Assembly: GCA_034408725.1 (NCBI GenBank)
Contig: JAWXCN010000212.1
Location: 1-19,631, forward strand
DNA from: Candidatus Hydrogenedentota bacterium
GTDB taxonomy: Bacteria; Hydrogenedentota; Hydrogenedentia; Hydrogenedentales; SLHB01
DNA length: 19,631 bases
Direction: 5' to 3'
Shown here in pieces: positions 6,991 through 16,586 of this stretch. The translations under genes were made by a program, and so were the position numbers. The notes beneath the pieces are model-generated. The model did not search any database, was not told where the DNA came from, and saw only the letters and a program-made list of their open reading frames with translations. Within the stretch, counting starts at the first letter, position 1, and each line of letters opens with the position of its first letter.

Positions 6991-9351
6991 TTATCTCGGC
7001 GCGAGACGAAGAGTCGCCTTCGCATTATCGATGAGCGCGGTTCGGCCCGCGACGTTGCGGATCGAGATGCGGAGTTGGAGTGTGCCGGGGTCGAAGGCGG
7101 GAATGTCGGGAACTTCGAGTCCTAGCATGGTCCAGTCGCCAGCGGATTCGGGCCAGGCTTTGCGTGCAAAGGTGGTGAACGTGCCCTGGATGCGGGCGTC
7201 GACGCTTAGGAACATGGTATCCGCCGGCGCCTTGCCATAGGCGGAGACGGTGAGCGCACCGTTATCGAGCAAGGCGCGGCCCGCATTGATGTTCACACCG
7301 AGGATGCTCCAGCTTTCGCTGCTGGAGCGGAGCGCAACGTATTCCTTGCCGTCGAATGCTGAGCCGTCGCGCGATTCTATCAGCGCGTCCGGCGGTGATA
7401 CGATCCAACCGCGGGGCCGTCCCGTTTCGTCTTTTTGTTCCAAAGAACCATTTACGATAACGGAAATGGGGGAAAGGCTATTGAGCGCCATGCGGACGAT
7501 CAGCGGTGATCTTTCCTCGGTTTTTGCGAGCGCCGACAGTAATCCATCAGCGAGTCCAGCCATTTCGTTCTCCCCGTTGGCGACGAGAATGGCTCTGCTG
7601 TATGCGCGCGCGGCGTCGGAGTAGCGTTCGAGCGCGGCGTACGTTTTGCCCAACGCGGCATGCGCCGCGGCGTCGGTGGGGTTTGCGATGCACTGGCGTG
7701 TGAATGGCACGAGTGCGGACTCGAGTAAATCCTTGGACGGCGCCTGCGTGACGTTGGCGAGGAGCGTGCGCAACTCGCCGCCATTCGCGCCCGCGGGATG
7801 TACTGCCGCTGTCAACGCTTCGATGGTATCCGACTGAATCTGGTTGCCGCTGGTTCCCTTGGGCCAAATGAGAATCGCGAAGGTGTTGCGTCCGCGCACG
7901 GGAAACTCCACGCTGGCCAAGCCGCGCTGCTTGATGGCGGCAATAATGTTGCCGGCTTTGGGCGTACGGTACACGTACCACACGCGGGTTTGGCCGATGG
8001 CATGGTCGGCGATTGTTTCCGGAAAAGTGCTGAGTGGAATGGTCTCTGCGATGGACGCCAGCGACGGAGCGTAACGCTCGATCATGAGTGGCGGATCGGC
8101 AATCGCGCAGAAAATTTTGTCCGTGGGACGCGCAGCGGCTTCGACGGCTTTAAGCAGATGTTTATTGTCCTCCGTGGGCGGCGCGACGTAGTACGCGGCG
8201 AGCGCGCCAAGGTTCCAATAAGCGAGAGGCGCCAACAACAACAGGGCAAATACGCGTGATGCAAAGCGAAGATAGCGTCGGTGAACGGGCGGCGCCAGTA
8301 ACGCGTGTAGGCTTGCTCCGGCGAGAAGGCAAAACCCGGGGATGGTGGTGATGAAGTAGCGGCCCGTGGGTTGGTAGTGCTGCGTGTATGCCACGAGCAC
8401 TATCAACGCGGCCGCGCCACCCCATGCCAGCGCGACGCCAAGCGCCAGCGGTTTTCTTCGTGCCCATAGCAGCGAGATGGTCCACAGCAAAATGGCGCAT
8501 GCAAGCAGCGGCGCCGTCAATTCGATGCGATCATCGCGCCAGATGCCCGCGCACACAAGCTGCGCGCGGTCAATAAAATTGTAGTCGGTGGGGAAGTACG
8601 CGCTGAACTGGTCGCCTTTGCCGAGACCGTGGACGCGTTCCTTGAACAAAAAGGAGTACGCGAAAAACGGGAGATAGACCGCCAGCACGGCGCACCAGAA
8701 TCCGGCCCATGTCGTGATGGCGCGTTTGATTTGCCCGGATCCGGCCGCTCCGAGGAACAGCACGCCGCTGATAAGTCCCAGCACAACCGATGCGAAAATA
8801 CTTCCGTAAATGCTCGCAGCGCTCGCCAGCGCGGCCACGAGCCAGCGCCGCGGGGTGGGCCTGTCGCGTGCGCGAAGCATAAGCAGCACCGCCGCGGTGA
8901 TCATGAACGCGGCCATTGCGTAGGGCTCGAATTGGCGCGAGTAGTCCACGTGAATCGGACAGAGCGCAAGCACGGCTGCGGCAATCATTCCCGCCCCTGG
9001 CGTGAACAGGCGCGCGCCAATGGCATACAGCATCGGCACGGTGGCGATACCCAACAGCGCGGGAATCATCCGGGCGGACCAGTCGTCGTCGAACAGGGAA
9101 CGAAAGGGCCACATCACGATTGCGAAGAACGGCGTGTGGGGGAAATTGCCGGCCTGAGCGGCTTGCGCTATCGAGGGCACGTCGATCGCCCCAAGCCAGT
9201 CGGCTTCGTCAATCCAGAAGCCGCGGAAATCGAGCCACGCCAATCGCAACCACGCGGCGACGGCGATTATGAGAAACAAAGCTATGATGGTTCGCCAATC
9301 GACAGGCCGCCGCCCAGGTATGGGAGGCTTTAGCTCGCGGCGCGGGGGCAA
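6991..9351 (-). CDS. GT-C fold membrane glycosyltransferase (ArnT/PMT_2, GT39/GT83-like) with a TPR and a C-terminal CBM4/9-like beta-sandwich
   Basis: The ORF is open to 9504. The start is uncertain; TTG 9351 was chosen because it lies near the first TM helix. Motifs WLRL..L..RGFWIDE (DE motif), PHTPFF, ARMIPALLGIATV and P.HVDYSRQFEPYA. Many TM helices, a TPR (AAAHAALGKTYAALERYSDAARAYSRAI) and a C-terminal NGSLE...P.GW domain. Confidence 0.85.
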   Translation of the reverse strand: MPPRRELKPPIPGRRPVDWRTIIALFLIIAVAAWLRLAWLDFRGFWIDEADWLGAIDVPSIAQAAQAGNFPHTPFFAIVMWPFRSLFDDDWSARMIPALLGIATVPMLYAIGARLFTPGAGMIAAAVLALCPIHVDYSRQFEPYAMAAFMITAAVLLMLRARDRPTPRRWLVAALASAASIYGSIFASVVLGLISGVLFLGAAGSGQIKRAITTWAGFWCAVLAVYLPFFAYSFLFKERVHGLGKGDQFSAYFPTDYNFIDRAQLVCAGIWRDDRIELTAPLLACAILLWTISLLWARRKPLALGVALAWGGAAALIVLVAYTQHYQPTGRYFITTIPGFCLLAGASLHALLAPPVHRRYLRFASRVFALLLLAPLAYWNLGALAAYYVAPPTEDNKHLLKAVEAAARPTDKIFCAIADPPLMIERYAPSLASIAETIPLSTFPETIADHAIGQTRVWYVYRTPKAGNIIAAIKQRGLASVEFPVRGRNTFAILIWPKGTSGNQIQSDTIEALTAAVHPAGANGGELRTLLANVTQAPSKDLLESALVPFTRQCIANPTDAAAHAALGKTYAALERYSDAARAYSRAILVANGENEMAGLADGLLSALAKTEERSPLIVRMALNSLSPISVIVNGSLEQKDETGRPRGWIVSPPDALIESRDGSAFDGKEYVALRSSSESWSILGVNINAGRALLDNGALTVSAYGKAPADTMFLSVDARIQGTFTTFARKAWPESAGDWTMLGLEVPDIPAFDPGTLQLRISIRNVAGRTALIDNAKATLRLAPR

Positions 9352-9642
9352 TAACTTATCTGAATTGGCGGAAACGATTGGAAATTTCTCCCGTGAAAAA
9401 ACGGAGGCGACCCCGATGCCGACGATAGCGCATGCCAGCGAATAGTAACGATCATCTTGCGCACGGCGCAATGTCGAGGGGACTTTTGAACCGCCGTCGC
9501 ACATTTGTTTGATTCGGTCTGAGAGCGCGTGGCATAGTCGCTAGGCGCTTTTGCGCACTTTCCCCGGCGACTTTCAAAACCTTTTCGGGGTATGCCGGGT
9601 GACCGATTGCCGCACGCCGTCGTTTCCCAGGGACCAGTCCAA

Positions 9643-11421
9643 ATGAACTTTCAGCATAAGGATCGCGTGGCCACGATCGCGGTGATGTCAATTTTTGTTG
9701 CGACGCTTTTATTCGGGTTCTACCGTTCACAGTTTGGATTGAGCTATACCGACGAGGGATATTACCTGGCTTCGCCAATGCGGATTGCGCTGGGGGACGT
9801 GCCGTTTCGCGATGAGATCGTCAATCCGCAGCGGATGTTCGATATCGTATTCGCGCCGATTTTTATGATGTTTCCCGGGGTGACGGTGTATCAGTTGCGG
9901 TGCGCAAACGTTGTTTTGGAAGTGTTTGCGTCGTTTTGTCTGTTTATGGGGTTGCGCCGGTTTGTTCCGGCGATCCCGTTGGCGTTTGCGTGCGGGTTGT
10001 CGGTGTTTATGATGAACAATTCGTGGTCGCCGAATTATCACAACACGCCGGTGGCGCTTGCAGTGCTTGCATGGTGTTGCTGGCTGATGGCTGTGCGGCA
10101 GGAGGGAAAGGGCCGCGCGGCCTTGTTGGCGGCGCTCTCCGGCGCGATTCTGTTTGTGGCCGCGGTGATTTACGTGCCGCTGCTGGTCGTACTGGTGTTT
10201 GGGTTTGCGCCGGTGTTCGTTTTCAGGAGAGGGCGGACTCGGTTGATCCTGATTAGCGCAGTGCAGTCGGGCACGGTGGCGTGTCTGGTGGCCGTGGCCG
10301 TTGGAATCGTGGTAGCGTTCGGCCTTGCAGATGATTACCTCTACGCGACCACTGCGATTACGTCGCCCACGCATTATGCGTTTTCACTCGCGCAGAAGCT
10401 GAAAATTTATTGGGAGACCATCTGGCCTGACTTGTCGGTGCTGGTGGCGTCGGCGGGCGCGGCATATTGGTTTGCGGCAACGCTCGGCGGGAAGGCTCGG
10501 GCAGTTGTCGTCATTGTCGCAGGAACTTTCGCGGGGGCGGTGCTGGCGCTGGTGGTGCTGGAACCATCGTCGCGGTACGAGCTGCAACATTCGCCGTTTC
10601 ATGCGCGATACCTGCGGGTGGCGCTGATGTGTTTAGGGCTGCACTGCGGCGTGGCGCTGCGGTCGGCCATGCAATCCGCCCGTGACGATGTCGATGACTG
10701 GCGCGTCGTTTACGTGTCGGCGCTGGCGTTGTCACTGCCGCTGGCGTTTGTGTATTCATTTCTTAGCGTGGGTGCGTTCAAGATCATGTATCTCGTGCCG
10801 GTGCTGTATCCGCTGGCGGTGGCGGCAGTATGGCAATGCGCAGGTGTGCGCAATGGCGAGCACGCCAGTCGCGCGCTCGCGTTGACGTTGTTCGCCGGGC
10901 TGTTTGCGTGCATCACGTACGGTTTGCCTTGGCAATACGTGATGAAGGAGAAGTACATAGCGCATCAGACCGCCGCGTTCACGGCGCCGGGAGTGGCGGG
11001 GATTAAGACGCTGCCCGCGGACGCGCGAAGTCTGGATGCGTTGACGACGTTCCTCGCGGGGAAGGTTGCGCGCGGGGATTTTCTGCTCGCGTACCATCAC
11101 CTACCGGTTGTGTATTACGTCACGGGCACGCGGCCCGCTCTCGACAGGTCGTGGAGCGGCGCGGACAACCCGTTGTGGGGCGCACACAATTCGCTGGAAT
11201 ACATGCTGCAAGAACGGCGAGTGCCCCGGTATTGCGTGCGGCTGGCGCGCGCGGGGAACACGTATTCCGCTGATCCGCGGATCGATCCGGTGAACGCGCT
11301 GGTCGAGCGTCATTATCAGAAGATCGCTACCGTGCCGTACACGGAACTCGAGCCGTTTTGCGAAGTTTTTGAACTGCGCGCGGATTCGCCGTTGCAAGGG
11401 ATGGTGCGCGATGCGCGGTAA
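9643..11421 (+). CDS. Polytopic membrane protein, probable GT-C glycosyltransferase
   Basis: The ORF is open from 9592, and ATG 9643 has an AGGGA RBS. First TM is followed by GLSYTDEGYYL...RIALGDVPFRD, a GT-C-like DE loop. Many TM helices and a C-terminal soluble domain (P.VYYVTG.RP). Divergent from the other GT-C. Confidence 0.7.
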   Translation: MNFQHKDRVATIAVMSIFVATLLFGFYRSQFGLSYTDEGYYLASPMRIALGDVPFRDEIVNPQRMFDIVFAPIFMMFPGVTVYQLRCANVVLEVFASFCLFMGLRRFVPAIPLAFACGLSVFMMNNSWSPNYHNTPVALAVLAWCCWLMAVRQEGKGRAALLAALSGAILFVAAVIYVPLLVVLVFGFAPVFVFRRGRTRLILISAVQSGTVACLVAVAVGIVVAFGLADDYLYATTAITSPTHYAFSLAQKLKIYWETIWPDLSVLVASAGAAYWFAATLGGKARAVVVIVAGTFAGAVLALVVLEPSSRYELQHSPFHARYLRVALMCLGLHCGVALRSAMQSARDDVDDWRVVYVSALALSLPLAFVYSFLSVGAFKIMYLVPVLYPLAVAAVWQCAGVRNGEHASRALALTLFAGLFACITYGLPWQYVMKEKYIAHQTAAFTAPGVAGIKTLPADARSLDALTTFLAGKVARGDFLLAYHHLPVVYYVTGTRPALDRSWSGADNPLWGAHNSLEYMLQERRVPRYCVRLARAGNTYSADPRIDPVNALVERHYQKIATVPYTELEPFCEVFELRADSPLQGMVRDAR

Positions 11422-12085
11422 CTATGGACAACGCGGAATTGTTTGCGCGGCGGCGGCGATTTTGACGATGGGATTCGCGGCGTGCTCCGGCGCGGACAAG
11501 AGGGGGGCTCCGCCGCGAAAGCCGGGCATCGATCAGCGGGAAACGTTGGAGACGCTGCTCGCGTGGCGACCGGACGGCGCGCCGGATTCGGACGGAAGCG
11601 GCGCCGCGTCGCGCAATCTGATCGAAAATTTCTCGTTTGAGCATCGCGACGACACCGGACGGCCACGGGGCTGGGCCGTGTCGCCAGCGGAGTCCATCGT
11701 GCCGGATGCGGAAGCGGGCGCGGGCGCAAAAGAAGGCGCGCAATCGCTAACGCTGCGGGGAAACGCCGACGTGTGGACGGTTGTCGCATATGCCGTTCCG
11801 CTGATCGCGGGGGACGCCGGCAAACGCGTGACGGCAAGCGTCTGGGGAAAGGCGTCGTTGGCGAATGCGATGTTCCTCACCATCTGTGTGAAGGACGGGT
11901 CAAACGTCCAGGGACTCGTCTCGCAAGCGTTTCCCGAATCGAAAGGCGAATGGGTGGAGGTCCGCGCAGAGACGTTGTTGCCGGAAGATGTGGACACCAG
12001 CAACGTCCAACTCCGCATCATCATTCGAAACGACCCCAAGGGCCTGTACCGGCTGGACGCGGCGTGGTTTGAGGTCGGGGACTAA
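11411..12085 (+). CDS. Putative lipoprotein with a CBM4/9-like (galactose-binding-like) domain
   Basis: ATG 11411 overlaps the upstream stop. A hydrophobic stretch ends in the lipobox FAA-C (Cys25). The domain starts NLIENFSFE...P.GW and ends in a terminal LD strand. Confidence 0.7.
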   Translation: MRGNYGQRGIVCAAAAILTMGFAACSGADKRGAPPRKPGIDQRETLETLLAWRPDGAPDSDGSGAASRNLIENFSFEHRDDTGRPRGWAVSPAESIVPDAEAGAGAKEGAQSLTLRGNADVWTVVAYAVPLIAGDAGKRVTASVWGKASLANAMFLTICVKDGSNVQGLVSQAFPESKGEWVEVRAETLLPEDVDTSNVQLRIIIRNDPKGLYRLDAAWFEVGD

Positions 12086-12287
12086 TGGCGCATTTTGTCT
12101 GTCTGCCTATGCGCGTAACTTGCTTCCACGATGTGGTCAATGGCATAGTCGCAGCGGGCTGATTTGCGGGTGTAAGATGAATTTCGGGGAGATTAATACT
12201 TGATGCGAAGTTGTGCTATGTGGTGGTGTAGCGATTGGCTTGCAAGTCAATTTATCTTACTGCGTCCGATAAAGGGCGTTTAGTACC

Positions 12288-13361
12288 ATGCTCACACACC
12301 GCCCGTTGGTCAGGGTTACATTCAACCTTATCGTCGGAGTCCTATTCGCCGTTTTTCTGTTGTGGTTTGTCTTCCGGGGAACAGACTGGAATGCGCTTTT
12401 TAACGCAATATTGACCGTACACCCTGGTTGGCTTCTCTTATCGCAGGTTCCCCTGTGGGCAAGCCTATATACCAGGACGTACCGATGGAGTTTCGTCGTA
12501 AGACCTACAATGCACGTTCCTTTCCGATATCTATTCAGCGCAACACAGATTGGATTTCTTTTCAATATTCTGATCCCCGCACGGCTTGGAGAGTTTGTCC
12601 GCGCGTACGTGCTAACTCGTTTAGCTAAGCTGGAACTCCCAAAATCACTTGCATTAGTCGCTTTGGATCGAACTACCGATCTCATAGGCGTGATTGTTAT
12701 GGTATTGGTTGCGTTGACAGTCTTTCCAACTGATCGGCCTATAATAGTTCCCGCGGATTTTTTTCACACGGCCCAGCCTTTAATTATATCCCCCAATCTG
12801 CTCAAATTTGTTGTGGCATTACTTGTTTTGGCGTTACTTGTCATTTTGGCGCTTTTCTATGTGCTTTGCCGTTATCAAGACGCGGCTAAGTCTTTTTTGG
12901 ATGATCGGCTTGGGCGATTACTTCCCGGCCCGCTGAATCGACGAATTATCGATTCATTAAGCAATTTCGCCAATGGTCTTCACGTGCTACGGTCTGGTCG
13001 AGATATGGTATCCGCTATCTGCCTCTCGCTTGTCACATGGGTATTGTCGATCTCTTGCATAGGATTTGTCATTCTGGCCTTTGGGATTCGGTGCCCTTGG
13101 TACACGCCTCTGGTAATTGAGGTAATCGCTATAGCATTCACGATTGCACCGATCACGCCGGCTATGATTGGGCAATTTCATCTTGCCGTAGCCACTGGAT
13201 TTATCATTTCGGCGCCAGGAGCAGATCTATCAACGGTTAAAGCGCTTACCTTGTTAACGCACGCGATGGCGCTTTTACCGGTCATGTTGGCGGGAACCTA
13301 CTGTCTTTTGCGCGAAAGAATAGGGCTTTTCGCGATTACCGAAGCCGGGTTCGCGCGATGA
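12288..13361 (+). CDS. Lysylphosphatidylglycerol synthase TM-region / flippase-like membrane protein
   Basis: 357 aa, highly hydrophobic, with family motifs RTYRW, IGFLFNILIPARLGEFVRAYVL, LDRTTDL and P.TPAMIGQFH. Confidence 0.9.
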   Translation: MLTHRPLVRVTFNLIVGVLFAVFLLWFVFRGTDWNALFNAILTVHPGWLLLSQVPLWASLYTRTYRWSFVVRPTMHVPFRYLFSATQIGFLFNILIPARLGEFVRAYVLTRLAKLELPKSLALVALDRTTDLIGVIVMVLVALTVFPTDRPIIVPADFFHTAQPLIISPNLLKFVVALLVLALLVILALFYVLCRYQDAAKSFLDDRLGRLLPGPLNRRIIDSLSNFANGLHVLRSGRDMVSAICLSLVTWVLSISCIGFVILAFGIRCPWYTPLVIEVIAIAFTIAPITPAMIGQFHLAVATGFIISAPGADLSTVKALTLLTHAMALLPVMLAGTYCLLRERIGLFAITEAGFAR

Positions 13362-14311
13362 CACAAGGCACTCTAGACCTAGCTTTGCCAGAAATTAGCG
13401 TTCTGATCACGTGTTATTTTGAAGAGAAAAGCATCGATGAGTTTTACACTCAGCTTGCGTCGGCCATGAAATCGCTTGATCGCAGTTACGAAATTGTTTT
13501 TGTCAATGATGGAAGTACGGATGGAACCTTCCAAAAACTGGAGAGTATATATTCTAAGGACCCTAGTGTATACGCGATAATCGATTTGTTCCGTAATTCC
13601 GGTCAAACAGCGGCCCAGACGGCAGCATTCGAACACCTTCGAGGGGAATGTCTCGTGGTCATGGACAGTGACCTTCAGCTCGATCCTTCTGAGATAAAAT
13701 ATCTAATGAATAAGTATGACGATGGTTATGACATCGTAAGTGGTTGCCGAAGAAACCGAAAAGACGCGTTGATGCGCATCATCCCCTCGCGTATTGCGAA
13801 TATTATCATGCGAAAAATTTCACGAAGCAATCTGAAGGATTTCGGATGCACATTCAAGGCAATGCGAATGGCACTGATACGCGGAGGCGGTTACGGTCCG
13901 TTCAAACCGTGGCTTGCAGTGGATGTCATTGCGTAAGCGGGCCGCGTGGCAGAGATTCCGGTGTCCCATTTTCCCCGGAAATATGGTAAATCGGGATGGA
14001 CGTTCCGGAAGCTGTGGCAATTTAATATGACAAACATAGTCCGATTGTCCGATAAACCCTTTCAGGCAATATCGGTGGTGTGCTTCCTGGTGGCCTGCGC
14101 GTTCGTTTCACGATTGATTTTAGAAAGCTTTTTCCCTGTGACAATTCTGAAAGAAGTTTCAAATGGCCTTTTGCTCAATGTTCTAGTGGCAGGAATGGTT
14201 GCGCTACTTGCGGTACTAGCAGCAGTGGGTGAATTCGTGATTCGCATTTTCAATATCTTGTACAACCAGCCTGCGTACATCGTGCGAACCCTACGAAAGC
14301 GCGACCAGTGA
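13358..14311 (+). pseudogene. ArnC/GtrB-like GT2 polyprenol-phosphate glycosyltransferase interrupted by an in-frame TAA (13934-13936)
   Basis: Motifs ISVLI.CYFEE, EIVFVNDGSTDGT, RNSGQTAA, MDSDLQ (DxD), GYDIVSG.R..RKD and DFGCTFKA. After the TAA the same frame continues AGRVAEIPVSHFPRKYGKS, then two TM helices and GEFV.RI...PAYIVR. Joined length is 317 codons. ATGA and GTGA overlaps couple both ends to the neighbours. Confidence 0.85.
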
Positions 14312-15234
14312 ACCCTTCAAGGGAGCAAACCGCCGAGTCCGGGTATTTGAGTGAAATGTACGCGCACTCATTCGCTGCCTTGGGGGTACCTCGACGATTG
14401 GAAAAAAGCCAGTCATGGATTCTGCGGCGAGGGATATTTGAGAGCGGAAAGTATGACGCAATGGGGTGCTACCCAATCTTTTGCTGTAATGACTGGGAGG
14501 GGTTGCCCGATGACTTGGATGAGGTTTCCTCCGAGCTCGTTAGCTTGACTATTGTGACCGATCCATTTGGGGCATATGATGCTGATTTATTGGGCAAATG
14601 CTTTCCTGATCGTATAATGGCTTTTAAGGAGCACTACGTCACTGAGCTAAACCAAGCCAAGGCAGAGTATGTATCCAGCCACAATTCGCGGTACGCACGG
14701 AAGTCGCTCAAGTCGTTGACAATTGAAATTGCTCGCGAGCCATCCGGACATTTGTCAGAATGGCTTGAACTTTACTTGATGTTGGTAGCGCGTCATAAGG
14801 TGCGAGGGATTGCTGAGTTTTCGAGGAGTTCATTCGACGCACAACTTAGGACGCCAGGAATCGTGATGTTCCGGGCCTTGCTTGAAGACAAAATGGTTGG
14901 TGCGATGCTTTGGTACATCCAGGGGGAAATTGCTTATTATCACCTCGGCGCTTACTCCGAAGCGGGATATGCGCACCGGGCTTCTTATGGGATCGTTTGG
15001 CACGCAATTGATTTTTTTAAGGAGAACGGCCTGAAGTGGCTCAGCTTCGGGGCTGGAGCGGGAACATCGTCGGTTACAGATGACGGACTAACCCGGTTTA
15101 AATCGGGCTGGAGCAACGGCACGAAGCAGGTTTATTTGTGCGGGCGAATTTTTCAAAAAGACGCATACGCAGAGTTGTCTGACAAGACAAATTTTAATTA
15201 CTTTCCTGCATATCGAACGGGCGAATTCTCATAG
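14308..15234 (+). CDS. GNAT family (FemAB/BioF2-like) acyltransferase
   Basis: 308 aa with AYYHLGAYSEAGY...ASYGIVW.AI, WLSFGAGAG, DGLTRFKSGW and FPAYR, typical of GNATs in polysaccharide loci. Confidence 0.8.
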   Translation: MNPSREQTAESGYLSEMYAHSFAALGVPRRLEKSQSWILRRGIFESGKYDAMGCYPIFCCNDWEGLPDDLDEVSSELVSLTIVTDPFGAYDADLLGKCFPDRIMAFKEHYVTELNQAKAEYVSSHNSRYARKSLKSLTIEIAREPSGHLSEWLELYLMLVARHKVRGIAEFSRSSFDAQLRTPGIVMFRALLEDKMVGAMLWYIQGEIAYYHLGAYSEAGYAHRASYGIVWHAIDFFKENGLKWLSFGAGAGTSSVTDDGLTRFKSGWSNGTKQVYLCGRIFQKDAYAELSDKTNFNYFPAYRTGEFS

Positions 15235-15240
15235 GCGCAA

Positions 15241-15870
15241 ATGCACGACGAAAAATACAAGACCATCGTTCAGCATTACGAATCGTGTTTTCGGCAGTTT
15301 GGCGATTCTCACAGAGGCGTGGATTGGCCGAATCAGCAGGATGCTGACACGCGATATCGCATCATGCTAGAAGTAGTGTCTGAACGAAAAGCGGAGGCGG
15401 TCAGTCTGTTGGATTTTGGTTGTGGGGTTTCCCATTTATTGGAATATATCAACAGATCGGGCTATGAAGGCATCGAGTATTCCGGCTTGGATATGTCGCC
15501 GGAATTTGTAAAAGCGTCGAGAGAAAAGTTCCCTCAAAATGCCTATTACGAGTTGGACATTCTATACGACGCGACGGCGCTGCCGACTTTTGATTACATC
15601 GTAATGAACGGAGTGTTTACGGAGAAACGCGACCTTACATTTGACGAAATGCTCGACTACTTTATGCGGTTGACAACCGTTGTGTTCCAGAAATGCAATA
15701 AAGGCATGGCGTTCAACGTAATGTCGAAGCAGGTGGATTGGGAGCGACAGGATTTATTTCACCTTCCATTGGATGATTTGGCCTGGTTCTTGACGAGGAA
15801 CGTGTCTCGTAATTTTATTATCAGAAATGATTACAAGTTATACGAATATACAACCTATGTTTACAAATAG
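15241..15870 (+). CDS. Class I SAM-dependent methyltransferase
   Basis: Motif I LLDFGCG, YSGLD, FDYIVMNGVF. The N-terminal GDSHRGVDW and C-terminal DY.LYEYT are typical of methyltransferases in sugar-modification clusters. Confidence 0.88.
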   Translation: MHDEKYKTIVQHYESCFRQFGDSHRGVDWPNQQDADTRYRIMLEVVSERKAEAVSLLDFGCGVSHLLEYINRSGYEGIEYSGLDMSPEFVKASREKFPQNAYYELDILYDATALPTFDYIVMNGVFTEKRDLTFDEMLDYFMRLTTVVFQKCNKGMAFNVMSKQVDWERQDLFHLPLDDLAWFLTRNVSRNFIIRNDYKLYEYTTYVYK

Positions 15871-15882
15871 GCGGGAAAAACA

Positions 15883-16548
15883 GTGGCACAAGTAGTTATA
15901 TTTGGCGTTCAGGATTTCGCCGAACTTGGACACTTCTATTTAACGAACGATTCGGAGCACGAAGTAGTGGCGTTCTCCGTGTCGGAGAAGTATTTACCTG
16001 AGGATAGAAGATTCCATGATTTACCGGTTATTCCTTTTGAAGAGGTCGAATCCATTTATCCGCCCGACGATTGCATGTTTTTTGCACCTATGTCTCCGCG
16101 CAAAATGAACATGCTGCGTGAGGACATTTACAATCAGGCGAAGCAAAAGGGTTATAGGTTGGTAAGTTACGTGAGCTCTCGCGCAACGGTCTTTCCGGGT
16201 GCCGAGATCGGGGACAACTGCTTTATTTTGGAAGACAACACCCTCCAGCCTTATACACCAATCGGAAACAATGTTGTCCTTTGGAGTGGTAATCACATCG
16301 GCCATCACAGTGTCATAAAAGACCACGTTATGTTTACGTCCCACGTTGTGTTGTCTGGGCATTGTTGTGTCGAGTCTCATGTGTTTTTCGGTGTGAATTC
16401 CACCGTTCGTGATGGTTTGACCATCGCCGAGGGTACGATGGTTGCGATGGGCGCGAGTATTACGCGCAATACGGAACCTTGGGGGGTTTATAAAGGCAAT
16501 CCCGCCACGAGAAAGGAAGGCGTAATCAGCAAGGATTTAGAGTTCTAG
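15883..16548 (+). CDS. NeuD/PglD/VioB-like hexapeptide-repeat sugar acetyltransferase
   Basis: N-terminal VVIFG Rossmann-like strand, LbH repeats (IGDNCFI, IGNNVVL, IGHHSVIKDHVMF), SG.C.V and GVYKGNPA. Confidence 0.9.
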   Translation: MAQVVIFGVQDFAELGHFYLTNDSEHEVVAFSVSEKYLPEDRRFHDLPVIPFEEVESIYPPDDCMFFAPMSPRKMNMLREDIYNQAKQKGYRLVSYVSSRATVFPGAEIGDNCFILEDNTLQPYTPIGNNVVLWSGNHIGHHSVIKDHVMFTSHVVLSGHCCVESHVFFGVNSTVRDGLTIAEGTMVAMGASITRNTEPWGVYKGNPATRKEGVISKDLEF

Positions 16549-16586
16549 CACGTCTATAAAATTTCGTTTGAAGGGATCGAAACAAG

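Noticed and set aside
9352..9504. N-terminal extension of the minus-strand GT-C to ATG 9504
   Set aside because: The extension is not family-like and would consume most of the divergent promoter region. Its PSTLRRAQDD part faintly resembles a decayed palindromic repeat, too weak to call. The true start remains unresolved.
9700..11400. Strong G+T skew on the + strand, suggesting an ori/ter switch near 7 kb
   Set aside because: Spot counts on either side were inconsistent. The bias is adequately explained by Val/Leu/Phe/Gly-rich membrane-protein codons.
3816..16548. Alternative genetic code (TAG/TAA reassigned to sense)
   Set aside because: TAG, TAA and TGA all end genes at family-typical C-termini in this window (TAG 15870 and 16548; TAA 5264 and 12085; TGA 3796 and 17516). 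The two internal stops also use different codons.
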